From assembly GCF_001194135.2 (NCBI RefSeq), contig NC_068983.1:127099551-127163550 (forward strand): a stretch of 64,000 nucleotides of DNA. The letters run 5' to 3'. Within the stretch, counting starts at the first letter, position 1. Each line of letters starts with the position of its first letter. Both the position numbers and the translations under genes were made by a program. A model generated the notes under the pieces. It ran no database searches, was not told the origin of the DNA, and saw nothing but the letters and a program-made list of their open reading frames with translations. The stretch comes from Octopus bimaculoides (Eukaryota). Below are positions 25,901 through 39,771 of the stretch, piece by piece.

Positions 25901-26466
25901 GATAATTTATATAAGATGTTTTTTGTATATAATATACATGTTATTATAATGGATGAAGGGATGATTATTGAATGGTTATTAGTTTGATATTACGATATTT
26001 TTTATAATTTTTCTATCTTTATATAATAAGTATTTCATATTAATTCATTTGGCACTTATTGTTGGTTGAGATATATATATATCTAATTATTGTTCTACTT
26101 ACAATCTGACGAGTAGCTATATTTTTGAATAGAATTTATTTTCGATAATTTCAATTGATTTTAATCGATTTAAATTTCCTTTCTATTTGAAAATTAGTTA
26201 TGAAACACGTGCAATCTTTTTATTATATTTATCTTATGATATTTACTTTACTTTATATTATACTCATTTATTGTGCTTTTGATTATTAATTTTTCTACAT
26301 GTGATAGTGGATTTTCATCGATGAGTTCTTGATACTTGGTTATCTTCCCTAAAGCTATATATTTTATATATATTTTAACTATAAAGCTCAATTTAATTTT
26401 AATTTTTTATAAATTGATTTTAATTGAGTTTTTACCTGTAATTTTGGATGTTGTCCCTAATATTAT

Positions 26467-26497
<31 letters not shown>

Positions 26498-29069
26498 AGA
26501 ATTAATTTTAATGTATGTATGCGTTTATAAATATGTATACGTTACTCGAACGTAGACGTGAATGATAGAAGGGACGATAGTTTCTTGCGTGCACTTAGCA
26601 AATTACTTTATTAGTATTAAAATACTCTTTACATATGGAAGAATTAAGCATTGTTCTGAAAGATGAAGTCAATTGGAGTATCGAGTAGTCGCGTACTTTG
26701 CAACATTTGTCCTTATGTGTTCATTAAATTAAGAGGAAATATAGATACTATAAGAATAGATATAACAATGCTCACAATGACATTTCTTTTTCAAATCACT
26801 TTTAGTATCATCATGGTATCCTGTATATTATATATTTTATGTGCATTGAAACACTCTCATTCATAATTACACAGATACACCAATCTATATACATATATGC
26901 GTGTAAAAGTGATAGTCGTTTCCGAGATTTATACTTCAGAATATCAACAGTAAAATGCTCATCGCATTCTTCGTTTCCGTTCATACACAATTTTGAGGAA
27001 CATAATTTTTTCTTTCTTTCTTTTTTCTTGAGAGGATAGTTGTAGGACGGAATTATAGTGGCTGTTTTCAAATGGCTATTGTTTTGGGCTGTAAGGAATA
27101 GCCGTAGAGTATAAATATATCAGGTGAGCTATAATGGAATAGCCCCATAATTTCCTTCGAAAGTTCTGTTACATTTCAAGTGGAGATTCGGTTTTTTAGC
27201 ATGTTTACAACTGCACCAAACTTTGGGAAGATGATCAAACTTCGAAGATGATCAAACTTCGAATATAATTAAAACTTAATAGACAACACTGTACACAGAA
27301 ATCTAAACAACAGTGACTTAAGAATATTTCACATATCCATACACTATAATGTGTTGAACAAATGTTTTTGAAACTACATTTATATGATAGGGCATACATA
27401 TTGAATTACTTCAGTATACTATTTGAAAACCAAATTTATGAACGTATAACAAATCTGCATTGCAATTAAGAATTAAAAATTACTTACGATAATTGCAGAA
27501 GTCCCATTGGAATAATTAATTTTGAAATCATAACATAAAATGTAAATAGAAAAATACCACAGTCCATGTAAAGCAATATTGCAAGTAGCAAGACTTTACA
27601 ATACTAAAATTCATGATATCATTGACGAATAGAAACTGATATTTAAAGTTTGTTCCCAATTAGAAGTAATTAGGAATTTAGAGTTTATGCGTTCGAAAGC
27701 AGGATATTGCTAATTTAAATTGTACAAGAATAGAATATGTTGACTAGGGAAGGCAATGTGAATAATTTTTCGAACAGTGACCTTATACCGCTTCAACATA
27801 ATGAAATGGATGGTGTCTGTACACCGAGAAACCTTTTACAAAGTCCATTTCTTAGAATATTTACAACATTCAAAGTTGATGTAAAATTGCTGAATAATAT
27901 ATTTACATTAATAGAAGTTAATTATATATTTATAGTTTAGAGTTAAACAGCCAAAAGTTGTAATTTGTGATGGTTACTTATTGAAATTTATTGTGGTATA
28001 TCATTAGTTCAAGATATTTAATTTGCAAATTACATCTAAACTCAAATCAACATTTAGCCTAGATGCTTGGTATTCCTTGGAGAGAGGAACAATTTTGCGT
28101 TTAAATTTTATTGTATTTTCGTTGAAATATCTCATTCGAGAATATTGAAAATATGCATACTTAAGTTAAGCATAACATTACTAACATAACATAACATGAC
28201 ATAGCATTCCTTGACATAATATCCTTCCACTTATAACGTATCAAGATATAGAAAAAGTTAAATATTCATTACTAGTGACAATAAGTCATATGCAAATAAG
28301 TTTCTTGTTCTAGTATAAGTAAATATATTCTATAACACATTATACTTGTTTTTTATTGGATTGGATATCGTATTTTGTAACTTGGTATGAATTAGTGGAA
28401 CAAGAAACTCTACATGCGTATACTGTTTGCATTGTGTCAATGCTTTAAGAGATGTATGCGGCAGTCTATATTTGCTCGGTATATTTCCTGCAGTTCTTCG
28501 TATAAATAAAGTAGTGAGAAACTATTTGTGATTATATGCAATCCAATGGATTTTCAGGAATAATTAATGAGAGGACAGAATAGTAAGCAGGTGAGATATT
28601 TGGCCAGTAAGAATAGAATGTGCAACTAGATAGCTCAGAGGTAAATTAGCTATTCTTCAAGGATGAGAATAAGTAGAGAAACGAAAGTACAAATGTGATA
28701 AAGAGGATTTAATATGATCATACGTGGGGATTTCCATAGAAATGGGATGAATACGTTTGGTATGTCATTTATATTATTGTCATTTCGGTTCATCTTTAAT
28801 CTCTAAGGTCTATTGTAAAGACTTTGAATCCAAGTCCATAACCAGTTTTAGTTTATAAAGAACTAAACTACACATCGTGACCTTACTCCTTAACAATATC
28901 GTAAATTGTGAAGTCTTTTTCTCAATAGATGATCGGTAATATGCTTGTTTTCTAATAGCATATTGATAGTTCTGGGATCTTTACGATAGTTAAATGTATT
29001 TATATAATATTTATATGATGTTATCGAGGATAACATGCATGTGTATCTCTGAGACATAAGTAATTCTGT

Positions 29070-29456
29070 GAGTGGCTGTGTGGTAAGTAGCTTGCTTACG
29101 AACCACATGGTTCTGGGCTCAGTCCCACTGCGTGGCACCTTGGGCAAGTGTATTCTACTATAGCCTCGGGCCGACCAAAGTCTTGTGAGTGGATTTGGTT
29201 GACGGAAACTGAAAGACACCCGTCGTATATATGTATGTATGTATGTGTATATGTTTGTATGTCTGTGTTTGTCCTCCCAATATCGCTTGACAACCGATGC
29301 TGGTGAGTTTATGTCCCCGTAACTTATGGGTTCGGCAAAAGAGACCGATAGAACAAGTACTAGGCTTACAAAAAATAAGTCCTGGGGTCAATTTGTTCGA
29401 CTAAAAGGTGGTGCTCCAACATGGCCGCAGTCAAATGACTGAAACAAGTAAAAGAG
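29070..29456 (+). mobile_element. SINE family 2 (octopus OK/OR-like), near full-length copy
   Basis: tRNA-like head (GTGGCTGTGTGGTAAG A-box, GGGCTCAGTCCC B-box-like), CORE-like GGCACCTTGGGCAAG, internal (TATG)n microsatellite, 3' end GGTGCTCCAACATGGCCGCAGTCAAATGACTGAAACAAGTAAAAGAG. Several copies occur in the window. Confidence 0.9.
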
Positions 29457-29599
29457 TACATAGGTATTAAGTGTGCGAACCAGTATGCATTAAAAAACTG
29501 AGAACGGGCACATTTATTATATACCTGACATTCTTTAATTTCAATTCACTTCTCTAATTTAGTATCAGCGTAAATAAAAAATCGTTTTTTGATATTGGT

Positions 29600-29805
29600 T
29601 TTAAATTAAAACAAAATGCCAGAAAGTTCGGGGAGAGGGTAAGTTGACTAAAACCACGCCAGTTCTCCACTATTACTTATTTTATCGACGCTGAAAGGAT
29701 GTAAGCCGAAAGTGACCGCGGTGGAATCTGAACACAGAACGTAAAAACAAACGAAATGCCACTTAGCATTTTGTCCGCCATGCTACCAATTTTGCCAACC
29801 CACCA
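29600..29805 (-). mobile_element. SINE family 1 copy
   Basis: TTTTATCGACGCTGAAAGGATG..GCGGTGGAATCTGAACACAGAACGTAAA. Confidence 0.7.
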
Positions 29806-30359
29806 CTGTAAATCAGTCTTTCATACTGAAATATTTAAATCAAAAGGGAACAATTGTCCGTATCATAAGATACATGATTCAATATATATCTCTCATTTCA
29901 TGCATTATAGGGTGGTTACCTTTTCCTTGTACTACGTATAGCTAATAAATTAATGGCAACTATAGTATTATCATACATTTTCATTTACTTTTATTTATGT
30001 GCAGCTCTTAAGAATTCCAGCATAGAATGTGTAGTTCCTCGAAAATACCTTTATTTCACAAAGCTTAGACACATACAGGGAGAAAACAAAGAGAAGGGAA
30101 TTACATAACTGACGAAATTTGAATGTTATATATCAGTGCCACTTTCAATAAGGGGACCGAATACAAGAGAGAACTGTGTGTGTGAGCATGTATATATACA
30201 ATTTGTTTGTTTCTTTTTGTATTTATAGTCCGTTTTGGAACTTTGGATGTATGGTTATTTTCACGTGTGTACTGTGCTGGTATGAAGTGAAATGTATTAT
30301 ATTTGCAGCCTATTTCTCTCAATTTGTTATTGCGTAGCTGTGTATGAGTATATTAGAAG

Positions 30360-30394
<35 letters not shown>

Positions 30395-30746
30395 GTGAGC
30401 GTGAGTGTTTTTTTGTGTGATTACGTGTGTGAGCGTGCGCGTTTTTCTGTGTGATTGCGTCCTTCACATGCAAGAGCTACGGATATACCCTGTAGCTCTT
30501 GCATGTGAAGGATCAATAGGTGTATGTATCAGTTACTGTTGCCTGGCAGCATCGGATATTTTATTGTGCTGCAAGATATGTGTTTTCTTGTGTTTGTTAA
30601 GTGCAGAGAAGTGCTTGTGAAGATCTGTGTAGGAGATAAACATAACAGAGTATTCAGAATTGTGTTCAAAGACATAAGTTTGTGTTGTGACATTTTGCAT
30701 GAGTGCCTTCATTGTGTGTACATTTTTGAGATGAGTGTGTGTTTCC

Positions 30747-30747
<1 letters not shown>

Positions 30748-30811
<64 letters not shown>

Positions 30812-30850
30812 GTTTGTTTGGTGTGTGTGTGGGTGGGTGTGTGTGTGTAT
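30748..30850. repeat. (GT)n microsatellite
   Basis: Directly visible. Confidence 0.95.
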
Positions 30851-31059
30851 TTATATACCTGATATGACAATCTTAGACAAAAGTATACTATGATGAATTT
30901 GAACTGTAAAACAATGATAAGTGGAGTAGTTAAAGATCGACAAACATATCTAATTTCCCGTCCTCGACTTAAAAGATGATTTACTGATCCAAGTTAAAGG
31001 TTGAGACCTACACTGTATGACATCTATCCTTCTCCGCTTATTTACCTTAGTTTTCTTAG

Positions 31060-31400
31060 CATAATCTTCGAAATAGTCACCTTAAGCAGCACTACACCAG
31101 CCCCAGCTTTCCTGCCACTTTTGGAATCCGGGTTGGAAGTCGTTTTCCGTAATCGAATCGATCACTTTCTGTGATTCGCTTTGGTTGTCGACAACAATCT
31201 CAAAACGGTGATCTTTGTGCTGCATTTTCACCTTGGGAAAGAGATGGAAGTCCGCAGGGGCTAAATCTGTCGAGTTGGGCGACTACAGAAGCGATACTAT
31301 GTTGTTTTGGGCACGAAATTCACGAGTGAAGAGAGCTAGGATATTAGTCGAATATTCTCTCTCAAACGCATGAAATCGTCGCAGTTTTATTCTCGTTAGA
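31060..31400 (-). mobile_element. Mariner transposase C-terminal remnant (different family from 2901-4246)
   Basis: Minus strand reads REFRAQNNIVSLL*SPNSTDLAPADFHLFPKVKMQHKDHRF..QSESQKVIDSITENDFQPGFQKWQESW..C..A*GDYFE. No TIRs found. Confidence 0.85.
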
Positions 31401-32479
31401 TGGCCTAGCCCTGGGGTAGATCGTTAATAACGCGGATGAAAAGAAAACGATGAGCATGTTCCATTTTTATTTGTATATATGTATATAGCAGCGTACGTAC
31501 ACCCATGTGCTCAGCCTATTGTAGGTATGTATCTAAATTATGTACGACTCTTACTCTATCTTCTATTTCCCCTCTCATTTTCCTTCCTTTTCTCGCCCCA
31601 CTTCGCTCACATGTCTTCATCCTCTCTATATTTAACTCCCACTATTTCCCGCTCGTTTATCTCATCTGTACCTTTCTTTTTGTCTCTGATTTGTTTCTGA
31701 TCTTTCAATGCCACTGTCCCCTATCCATCGCTTCTCCTCCCACGTGACCAGTGTCTGGCCAGCCATGAGCTTTCTTTCTTGGCCTCAGTACCGACCACCA
31801 ACACCTCCTATATCCATCTCCTATGTTCTTGCCTTTAGGCTTTCACTTCATACACGCCAGTTCAATTTCATTCGTTCGCAGTCGAAGGATACCTTTTGTT
31901 ATTTTTGTTGTTTGTATTCGTAATTGTGTACCATGTTCTCCGTGTTTTTGTTGGTTTTGTTTTTGCCTTTGTTGCTGTACACATTCACTAGCTTTCTTAC
32001 AAAGGGGTCTAATGCTCTTAGCTTAGACAATTTGGGAAGCAACCACATCGAACCTTATTTTTTGCCTGTCCTTCTAATTGTTGTTTCTCTTCTCCGCCTT
32101 TGTATCGTCTATCTGTCCGAATGCTTTTATGTCCTCTTTTGCGTTTGTGTTCCATTTATATATATATATATATATATATATNNNNNNNNNNNNNNNNNNN
32201 NNNNNNNNNNNNNNNNNNNNNNNNNNNNNNNNNNNNNNNNNNNNNNNNNNNNNNNNNNNNNNNNNNNNNNNNNNNNNNNNNNNNNNNNNNNNNNNNNNNN
32301 NNNNNNNNNNNNNNNNNNNNNTATATATATATATATCAGTATTAAATTACATATGAACAGTCATTTTTCATACAAACGGTCTATAATCGGAATACACACA
32401 ACCAGGTGTTGCGTAGTTCCATACTAAGAGTTGGTGGTAGATCTGGGAATTCACAATAGTAATGATGCAACACTTCATG

Positions 32480-32960
32480 AGCATATGACCACGATGACAA
32501 CAACATGCGGGCAAACTGTGTAACGGATTCGGAGTTCATTAATAAACAAGAAAAAGAGCACCACGCTAATCCCATGAACTATTTTCATTCTCACACGCCT
32601 AGATTACTGCTCGTAAATTTGATCACCGGAGGGTGTCGATCTGATGGTGGGACTTTAGGCATTCCAGCATCGCTACACAAAGAAAATTCATTGGGTGAAT
32701 CAGATGAGCTTTTGAAAGAGGCCAAAGAAACTGAAGCTCTATTCCCAAGAGAAACTTCTTGAAAGATATGCAGTGATATACATATGTAGACCCTTGAATG
32801 CCTAGCACCGAAGTGTGGATTTGAAAGCTACAGCAACCGCCGAACCAGAAGGCACTGCATATATTAAATAAACTGTCTTCTCCATCGCAAATAAGAACAC
32901 GCTTGGGTTTCAAGGTCCGCAAATTTGCAACATTTTAGGCAACAACTCAGACTTATGAGT
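32480..32960 (+). mobile_element. CR1/L2-like LINE RT C-terminal remnant
   Basis: Frame-switching translation IFILTRLDYCS*I*SP..AFQHRYTKKI..KRPKKLKLYSQEKLLERYAVIYI matches SRLDYCSQLWSP..QRRFTKKI..RLKKLKLYSLERRRERY. Confidence 0.7.
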
Positions 32961-33829
32961 CGTAGATGTTTAGGTCTTCAAGGAGCGTTGAAGATATTAA
33001 TATATTCCATTCAGTCAGAGAACAATAGGAATGCGTTAGGTAGATGCATGCTCAAATGAAAAAATATTTATAGCTAATGTCCATTCGTTTCCAATGAGTA
33101 TGTTCGATGATAATCCATGGCGAAGGATAGTGGACGTTTCAAGTTCCAATTTTGAACAGAGGATGAATGAGTGTAGCATAGAAATATTACACTATAGTCT
33201 ACAGTGGATGGGTATACTTGTTGAAAAAGGTTAGTGGGTGCATGTATAAAGACAAATAGACAAAACGATCAAGAAAAGCAGATGTCAGATACAGTCAAAA
33301 TGACCACCAAATGTGACCCGGGTTGGCAAAACAGGAGGGCGGGGTAGTGATATTAATAAAGCGGTTGTAAAAGATAATGAAGCTCTCAAATTATAGGTAG
33401 TCTGATACTAGTGAAATTGAGGGGAGATGAAGGTGCTAGTACCATATATAAATTGTCCCCTAGAACTATATCGTTTTCATCCCTTGGTCCTATAACATTT
33501 ACTTTATTTAAACTTAGTAAATGTCTCTAATCTTTTTTATTTATTTATATTTAGCGTTGAATTATTTTTGATCTACCGTTTTAAATGTTTATTTTCATCT
33601 CTCGCTTTCCAATGATGATACACCTTGAATCTTTTTCTGTTTGTCTGCCACTCTTCGGCTTCTTCAATTTTTGTTCCAGTTGATTTCATATTTGGTGCAT
33701 TGGAGTAGATTTTTGAAGTAAACGTTTTCATTAAATTCATTTTCAGCATAAATCTATAAACAGATTTAATTGCTTTTAAAGTTTCTAAATTTTGCGTAAT
33801 TTTAGCCAATCGAAAGCCACAAACATAAG

Positions 33830-34030
33830 TCGCTGTTTCAACAGTAACAAGCCAAGTTGTAACTACGTGCTCTTTTTGTTGCTTATTAAATGTACTGATT
33901 TTATCGACCTTTAAAGGGTGAAAAGGAAAGTCGATTGTGGCGGAATTTGAACGCAGATCAGGAAGACGGAAGAAATACCGCTAGCTTTTCGCCTTAAAGT
34001 GATTAAATACCGTTAATCTCACCACCTTAA
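33830..34030 (-). mobile_element. SINE family 1 copy (left member of a head-to-head pair)
   Basis: TTTTATCGACC..AAAGGGTGAAAAGGAAAGTCGA..GGCGGAATTTGAAC. Confidence 0.7.
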
Positions 34031-34044
34031 ACTGATTTAAGTGT

Positions 34045-34215
34045 TTAAAGCGGTGAGCTGTCAGAATCCTCTGCACGTCGAACTAATCTCTTCGCGGCAT
34101 TTTGTACGTTCTGATTTCTAATGCGGTCCGAGGCGGACATTGCTTTTTCTTTCGAGGTCGACAACAAAAGTACCAGTTACAACATCCCTTAAAATCACTG
34201 GCCTAATACCAACAT
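34045..34215 (+). mobile_element. SINE family 1 copy (right member of a head-to-head pair)
   Basis: AAAGCGGTGAGCTGTCAGAATC head, ACGTTCTGA..CCGAGG..TTTCGAGGTCGAC..AAGTACCAGTT. Confidence 0.7.
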
Positions 34216-34427
34216 TTAAAGCCAGAGTTAAAGATGTGTTGACGCACAGAGGAATTTAAATTTGCCGAGGATTTCAAAACTAGTGCGAGGGATTAAAGAA
34301 GAATGGCCGGAATACTTGGAATATTCTACAATTATAGTCTTCGAAAGTTAACCATCAAGGTGCTAAATGTGTGTGCTAAATGTGTGTGCGTGTGTTCAAA
34401 GAGGAGAGAGGGGGAGAGGGGGAGATG

Positions 34428-34570
34428 TGAGGCGCTTAGCTTAGTGGTTACCGAATATAAATCGTGACCGAAGGTTATGGTTTCGCTTTCAGCAGCAGGT
34501 GATGTGTTATATTCTTTAGGAAATCACTTCATTTCATGCAGTGCCAATCCATTTACCTGGTACGAATAAA
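34428..34570 (+). mobile_element. Degenerate tRNA/CORE-like SINE remnant (third family)
   Basis: GGCGCTTAGCTTAGTGGTTA A-box-like head, then a degenerate B-box and body. Confidence 0.4.
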
Positions 34571-34699
34571 CAATCCTGTATCGGTATCTGGACAGAGGGG
34601 AACTTATACGCCACAGAGCTACAAAAGACTGACATCATGGGCTTATCACCCGGAATGGAACTTTGATATTATTTATTAAATAGTTTGATAAATAGATAC

Positions 34700-34733
34700 A
34701 TACATATCTTCACACACACACACACACACACAA

Positions 34734-34796
<63 letters not shown>

Positions 34797-34870
34797 CATA
34801 TTTGTGTGTGTGTGTGTGTGTGCGTGCGTGTGTGTGTGTGTGTATGTGTGTGTGTGTGTGTGTGCATATA
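34700..34870. repeat. (CA)n-(TA)n-(TG)n compound microsatellite
   Basis: Directly visible. Confidence 0.95.
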
Positions 34871-36479
34871 TTCTCCGTGCATGTACACGTAGTTTGTTAA
34901 TTTTGTTCATCGTATAAATCTGAATTTTCTTACGCGTACACAAAATTTACGTAGTATACAATAAATAAAAGTAAATCTTAGGCAGCTGCAATGCTATGTT
35001 ATTACAATTATAGGATTTATATTCAACCAAATAAACTTATGTACATGCAGTCACTTCATTTGCAGGCATACTTAACATTTTATCTATTTGTTGACAGATT
35101 TCAACTTAACTTAATCTTCAAGATAATTATGTTGAGACTAACTAATGGTCTTCGTAGTGAAATAACGCATTAGGTATAGGAAACAGTTGTTGGCTTCTAT
35201 TTGACTGTGTTATAAATGCTGATGATTATTAGTTTTCTTGTTACAGAAAAATTGCCCTTCCTCGTAAACACTGTGCATGTGGTAAATCGTGTAATAAATC
35301 GGCATAATCTGTCAAGATATTCGGTAATAAAATGATGGATATATATTTGTAATTTTGTCCGAAATCACATGTAAATGCTGCTGTCCAGTTCTGTGAAATA
35401 AAAATAAAAATTTTCATGATTCGACATTATTAGCTGCAAGTTTAAAATTTTGTCTATTCGAGATCTTAAATACGGTCCTATTCATGTATTACTTGCATGC
35501 ATTTCAACTGCACTAAAAAACCTTAATGCAGTTCCAAACAACGTTTTATTGGCAATTTATAATGTATGCTTTTCAGAAAAAATATAGTCTTAAAATGAAG
35601 GAAGTAATAAATTTATGGAAAAAGTGAGCTCCCTGAACTCCGACTATATTTCTCGAAATGATCACGTCGTGCTAGCATTCCCCAATGAAAGAAAAACAAG
35701 TGAATGTTATTTCTAATTTTAATTACTTTTAAAACTGACATTTATGTATCATATCTAATGTAAAAATGATGGTGAAGTGCAATTTACTGCGCTATTCATC
35801 CATAGAGAGCTTCCTTTGTGTTTTCAAACGTGACATATACCAAAGGAAAAGAACATCGTTCCATCAGCTGCTAGCTTTTCGTTTGACTTCGTCAATGTCT
35901 TGTAATCACAACTAGCTTAGACGACTGTTGTTGCCTCCGATATCTGGAGATAAAAAAACCTAGCTTGTATTGCGAATAGCCGCTGGATAAAAATCCGTTA
36001 TATGCAATAGAAGCAGTTTTTAATTTAATGTAGTCAGCTATGTATAATTGCATATAACGGGTTTTATTCAACCTGGTGGTTATTTGCAATTCTAGTGAGT
36101 AATTGTTTTGAAGTTTACTGTATATATCGGTAGCGACAAATCGACTTTAAATATGTGGCTTCCTGATAATACCCGTTTCACGGAGCCGAAATTCGTCAGC
36201 TTTTCTCATTAACCGCCGCTTATATATGTATTGCGCTTGGAAGCACATCACAACAATAAGACATGGTTTTTCTGTATAAATATAGCTTCAGGTTGCATTT
36301 CAACGGTGTGCTTGCATGATGTATGAATGGAGCTCTTTTCTAGTTTTAAATGATACTGCTTCTATAACACATAATGGTTTCTACTTATTTCGTAACTAGG
36401 AAACTGGTGCGTCAGAAAATTTCTGTTCAAAATAGAAGCACAATACGAAACAAAAAGTATTGCTTATGACAACTTTACT

Positions 36480-36880
36480 TAGGCTGTCCTCTAAGAGATA
36501 GCGATACTGCCATTTAAACGAAAGACGGGATCTCCTCTAGCTGGTTAATTGAGTACGCTTCTCGCATCCGGCACTTATTGCAAGCGGGAGATATCTCCTG
36601 CTACTGTAGCTTCTAGACTATCAGATCACATTGTTTCGAATTGTAATGGATCTCCTCTGTGGTAAATACTCGTTGTCGGGCATGGTAGCAGTTTACCTCA
36701 CTTGCAATATCTAGAAAGCACAATACATACAATCACTGATTTTCAATCTAGGAAACTAAAGGCCTGTAGAGACTTGAAAAATCAAGCAGAACTTATGTGT
36801 GAAGTGCATTGCGCCAGTAGATGCATTCTAGACCTGAGATTATTTCTTCGATCCAATAATCATATCCAGCGTAGTGCTGT
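36480..36880 (+). mobile_element. Possible highly decayed RTE-like RT remnant
   Basis: LQYLESTIHTITDFQSRKLKAC resembles FKYLGSxI..DFxxRKxKAW. Weak, with only one motif recognisable. Confidence 0.35.
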
Positions 36881-37501
36881 AAGCCCATCCAGATTATAAA
36901 AACACTCTGAAGGATTTAACTAGATAATAGTTGAACTACCAAACGTTTCCTGACTCACTATAGCGGCGAACCCGCTAGTATTACGAATGGATATTAGCCT
37001 GTTTATCAGTATTATTTTTAATAATTGGAGCGAAATTTACAGAAACAATCCCGCTATTCAGGAAGTACACTTATATAATTTAACTTCTCAGGAAATTAAT
37101 TAAACCATTTCAATCTACTTGCAGTCATCATTCGTAAATAATAAGTGGGGACGTGGTGTGTCTGCATTTATAGCAAACATATTTCATTAAAACTTATTAA
37201 TTGTTTAGTACCTGATGTTATTAGTACATGTCTGGTAAAAATATAAATTAGCATAATTTTTTTTGCACAAAATAATTAACTATTGGAATTTTCAGAGGTA
37301 GAACTATGGATCCTATACTTAACTGCAATAATAACTGAGGCAGACACCCTTCGTCAGTTGGTAATTAAAGATAATAGTGATCGGTTCGATCTTTCATTCT
37401 GCGCAAGTCGACTGATTATGAAAAGGTGATTAGTGTCACAGCCCAAATAAATATGTTTTTGTGCGTGTAGACGCAGACGTACAAATATATGCGCATATAC
37501 A

Positions 37502-37535
<34 letters not shown>

Positions 37536-37708
37536 NNNNNNNNNNNNNNNNNNNNNNNNNNNNNNNNNNNNNNNNNNNNNNNNNNNNNNNNNNNNNNNNN
37601 NNNNNNNNNNNNNNNNNNNNNNNNNNNNNNNNNNNNNNNNNNNNNNNNNNNNNNNNNNNNNNNNNNNNNNNNNNNNNNNNNNNNNNNNNNNNNNNNNNNN
37701 NNNNNNNN

Positions 37709-37789
<81 letters not shown>

Positions 37790-38165
37790 CTATGCAAGCG
37801 ACCAAGTAAAGTATTGTAGCAATTAATTTAATGTAAATATAATGATTGGACAACACAGTAGTTGTTGCAAAACGGTAACTTCAAAAGAATTTGGGTTAAG
37901 TTGCTGAACCGTTGCAAATGTTCATCTGACACGATCATTCCGATATAAGTCCAAGTGTAGCTGAATAATTAATTACTCGAAAATTAGTTTCTGTAATTTG
38001 CCTTCTACACGATATATCATATCTATCGCAGCTATGTCATTCTTTTTCTTTTTTATTCAATCGAAGAGTTAGAGTTTCTCTTGCCACTGAAGTATTATTC
38101 ATGAATAATTTAGAACCTAAGACAACTTAATGAAGACAGGTAATGAAATACTAGACGCATGCTTA

Positions 38166-38167
38166 TT

Positions 38168-38230
<63 letters not shown>
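38166..38230. repeat. (GATA)n array
   Basis: Directly visible. Confidence 0.95.
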
Positions 38231-38231
<1 letters not shown>

Positions 38232-39341
38232 CGTTTGTGTGTGTGCGGGGGTGTAAGTATGAGAGTATAGAGAGAGATGTAATTCCCTATGTGTATGATA
38301 CCTTGTATATATATTGTCATCATACACATGTGTATGTATACATCTATACGCATATACCTAAACAAACAAATATGAACATACACACACTCACGTACACAGA
38401 CTCACACACACACAACCATACAGACTTACATATACGCACACACTCATGTATCAATAAGACAGTTTGCCTGCATTTCACATAATGTAAAATTTAGTCTCAC
38501 ACTTCATAAGTTCTACGTGTAACTCGACTCATTGTATTCCTGCGATTTATGGGTTTTCAATATAATGCGACTGGTATTTACTCAGCAAGTCTAACTTATA
38601 TAATGTCAATATGTTGTTTGCACTCTGTGGAATATTTCCATGTAAGTGACCTAACCAGTCCTAAATATACTAAAAGTTTTCTGTTCTATGTGGAAACTAG
38701 AGAGCAAGAACTCCTCTTCCTGCTTGTGTACTTTGCCTCAACAAAAAGGCTTTGAATCCAGTGTTACGATTGTCTGTATGATGCAACTGGCTCGAGTTCC
38801 ATCGTGCCAATTAGAAACTGTAAGACTAAATTTTACATTCAGTGAAATGCATACAAACTGTCATATGTATGTATAACCGAAAATGTGCTCTAAATGAACA
38901 ATTGTAACGCATTGACAATCTTCTCTAATTAAATTATTTTCTATGGCGTTGTTTAAGGCAGTTTTCAGAAAAAACCGTTTCATAAATATGTGTGCGTGTA
39001 GGTATTTCATATACAAGCAGTGTGACCTCTTTGAAAATTAATCTCAATTCAGGGATATAATGGTGTGTATTTCGTATTTAAGCCCTTGTATTATTGATTG
39101 CTATTTTTAATGCATTTTGCACCTCCAAAATATTGCCACTCATATTGCCACTCATATTCTATATATATCTATATTTATTTCTCTGGGCAACAGTCAAGCG
39201 AGGTGTATACAGCTAACTGCTTTTCAGGTCAATACTATCTTGGTTGGATGAAACTCTACATTGTCGCAAAGAGGTACATGTTAACAGATTATTTAGATTC
39301 TTTACAATTGGCGGATATTTGTCGTAACCTTGTTTGTTGTT

Positions 39342-39387
39342 AACACAACGTTTCGATTGACATACCTTCCAGCCTTCATCAGGTGTC
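39342..39387 (-). ncRNA. Minimal type I hammerhead ribozyme motif, family A copy 2
   Basis: Minus strand: GACAC-CUGAUGA-A-GGCUG(GAAGGUAUGU)CAAUC-GAAAC-GUU-GUGUU. 5-bp stem I; stem II has one mismatch. Flanks match the 14390-14520 copy. Confidence 0.65.
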
Positions 39388-39726
39388 TTGGGGAAATTTC
39401 GAACCTGGGTTCTCATTCTTAAGGTAGTTTTTGATGTTTTTGTTGTTATTATTATTATTAGTGTTATTATTATAACTATAAGTATTATTATTATTATCTT
39501 TTTTTTTCTTCTTCAAATTTTTTTCCCATTTCTCGCCGAGTGTTTTCCGTACACCTAAGGCAGAGAAANNNNNNNNNNNNNNNNNNNNNNNNNNNNNNNN
39601 NNNNNNNNNNNNNNNNNNNNNNNNNNNNNNNNNNNNNNNNNNNNNNNNNNNNNNNNNNNNNNNNNNNNTCTATGCCCTGTCTGTATTTGCCAAGGGAAGT
39701 TATCTTTCCCATCTTGATTTACGATA

Positions 39727-39771
39727 CGTACGTACTCGAGTGCCAGGGTTATTTCCCTTCTTCAGCGTACG
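39727..39771 (-). ncRNA. Type I hammerhead motif, family B, minus-strand copy (GAAA core mutated to GGCA)
   Basis: CGUACG-CUGAAGA-AGGG(AAAUAA)CCCU-GGCAC-UCGA-GUA-CGUACG. Confidence 0.6.

Noticed and set aside
27225-27262. Tandem duplication of GAAGATGATCAAACTTC
   Set aside because: Two-copy local slippage; not a CRISPR array or structured repeat.
29070-29140. tRNA-like A/B boxes in SINE heads
   Set aside because: No complete cloverleaf; these are SINE promoters, not tRNA genes.
35247-35281. TTTTCTTGTTACAG|35 nt|GTAAAT possible exon
   Set aside because: The splice signals are plausible, but the segment is short, not frame-preserving and unsupported.
36961-36980. TAGCGG-CGAAC-CCGCTA-GT hairpin with CTAG, like a Helitron 3' end
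   Set aside because: There is no spacer between hairpin and CTAG, and no matching 5' TC terminus was found.
37330-37365. Minus-strand CTGACGAAGGG resembling the start of family B
   Set aside because: No CCCT-GAAAC or stem III follows.
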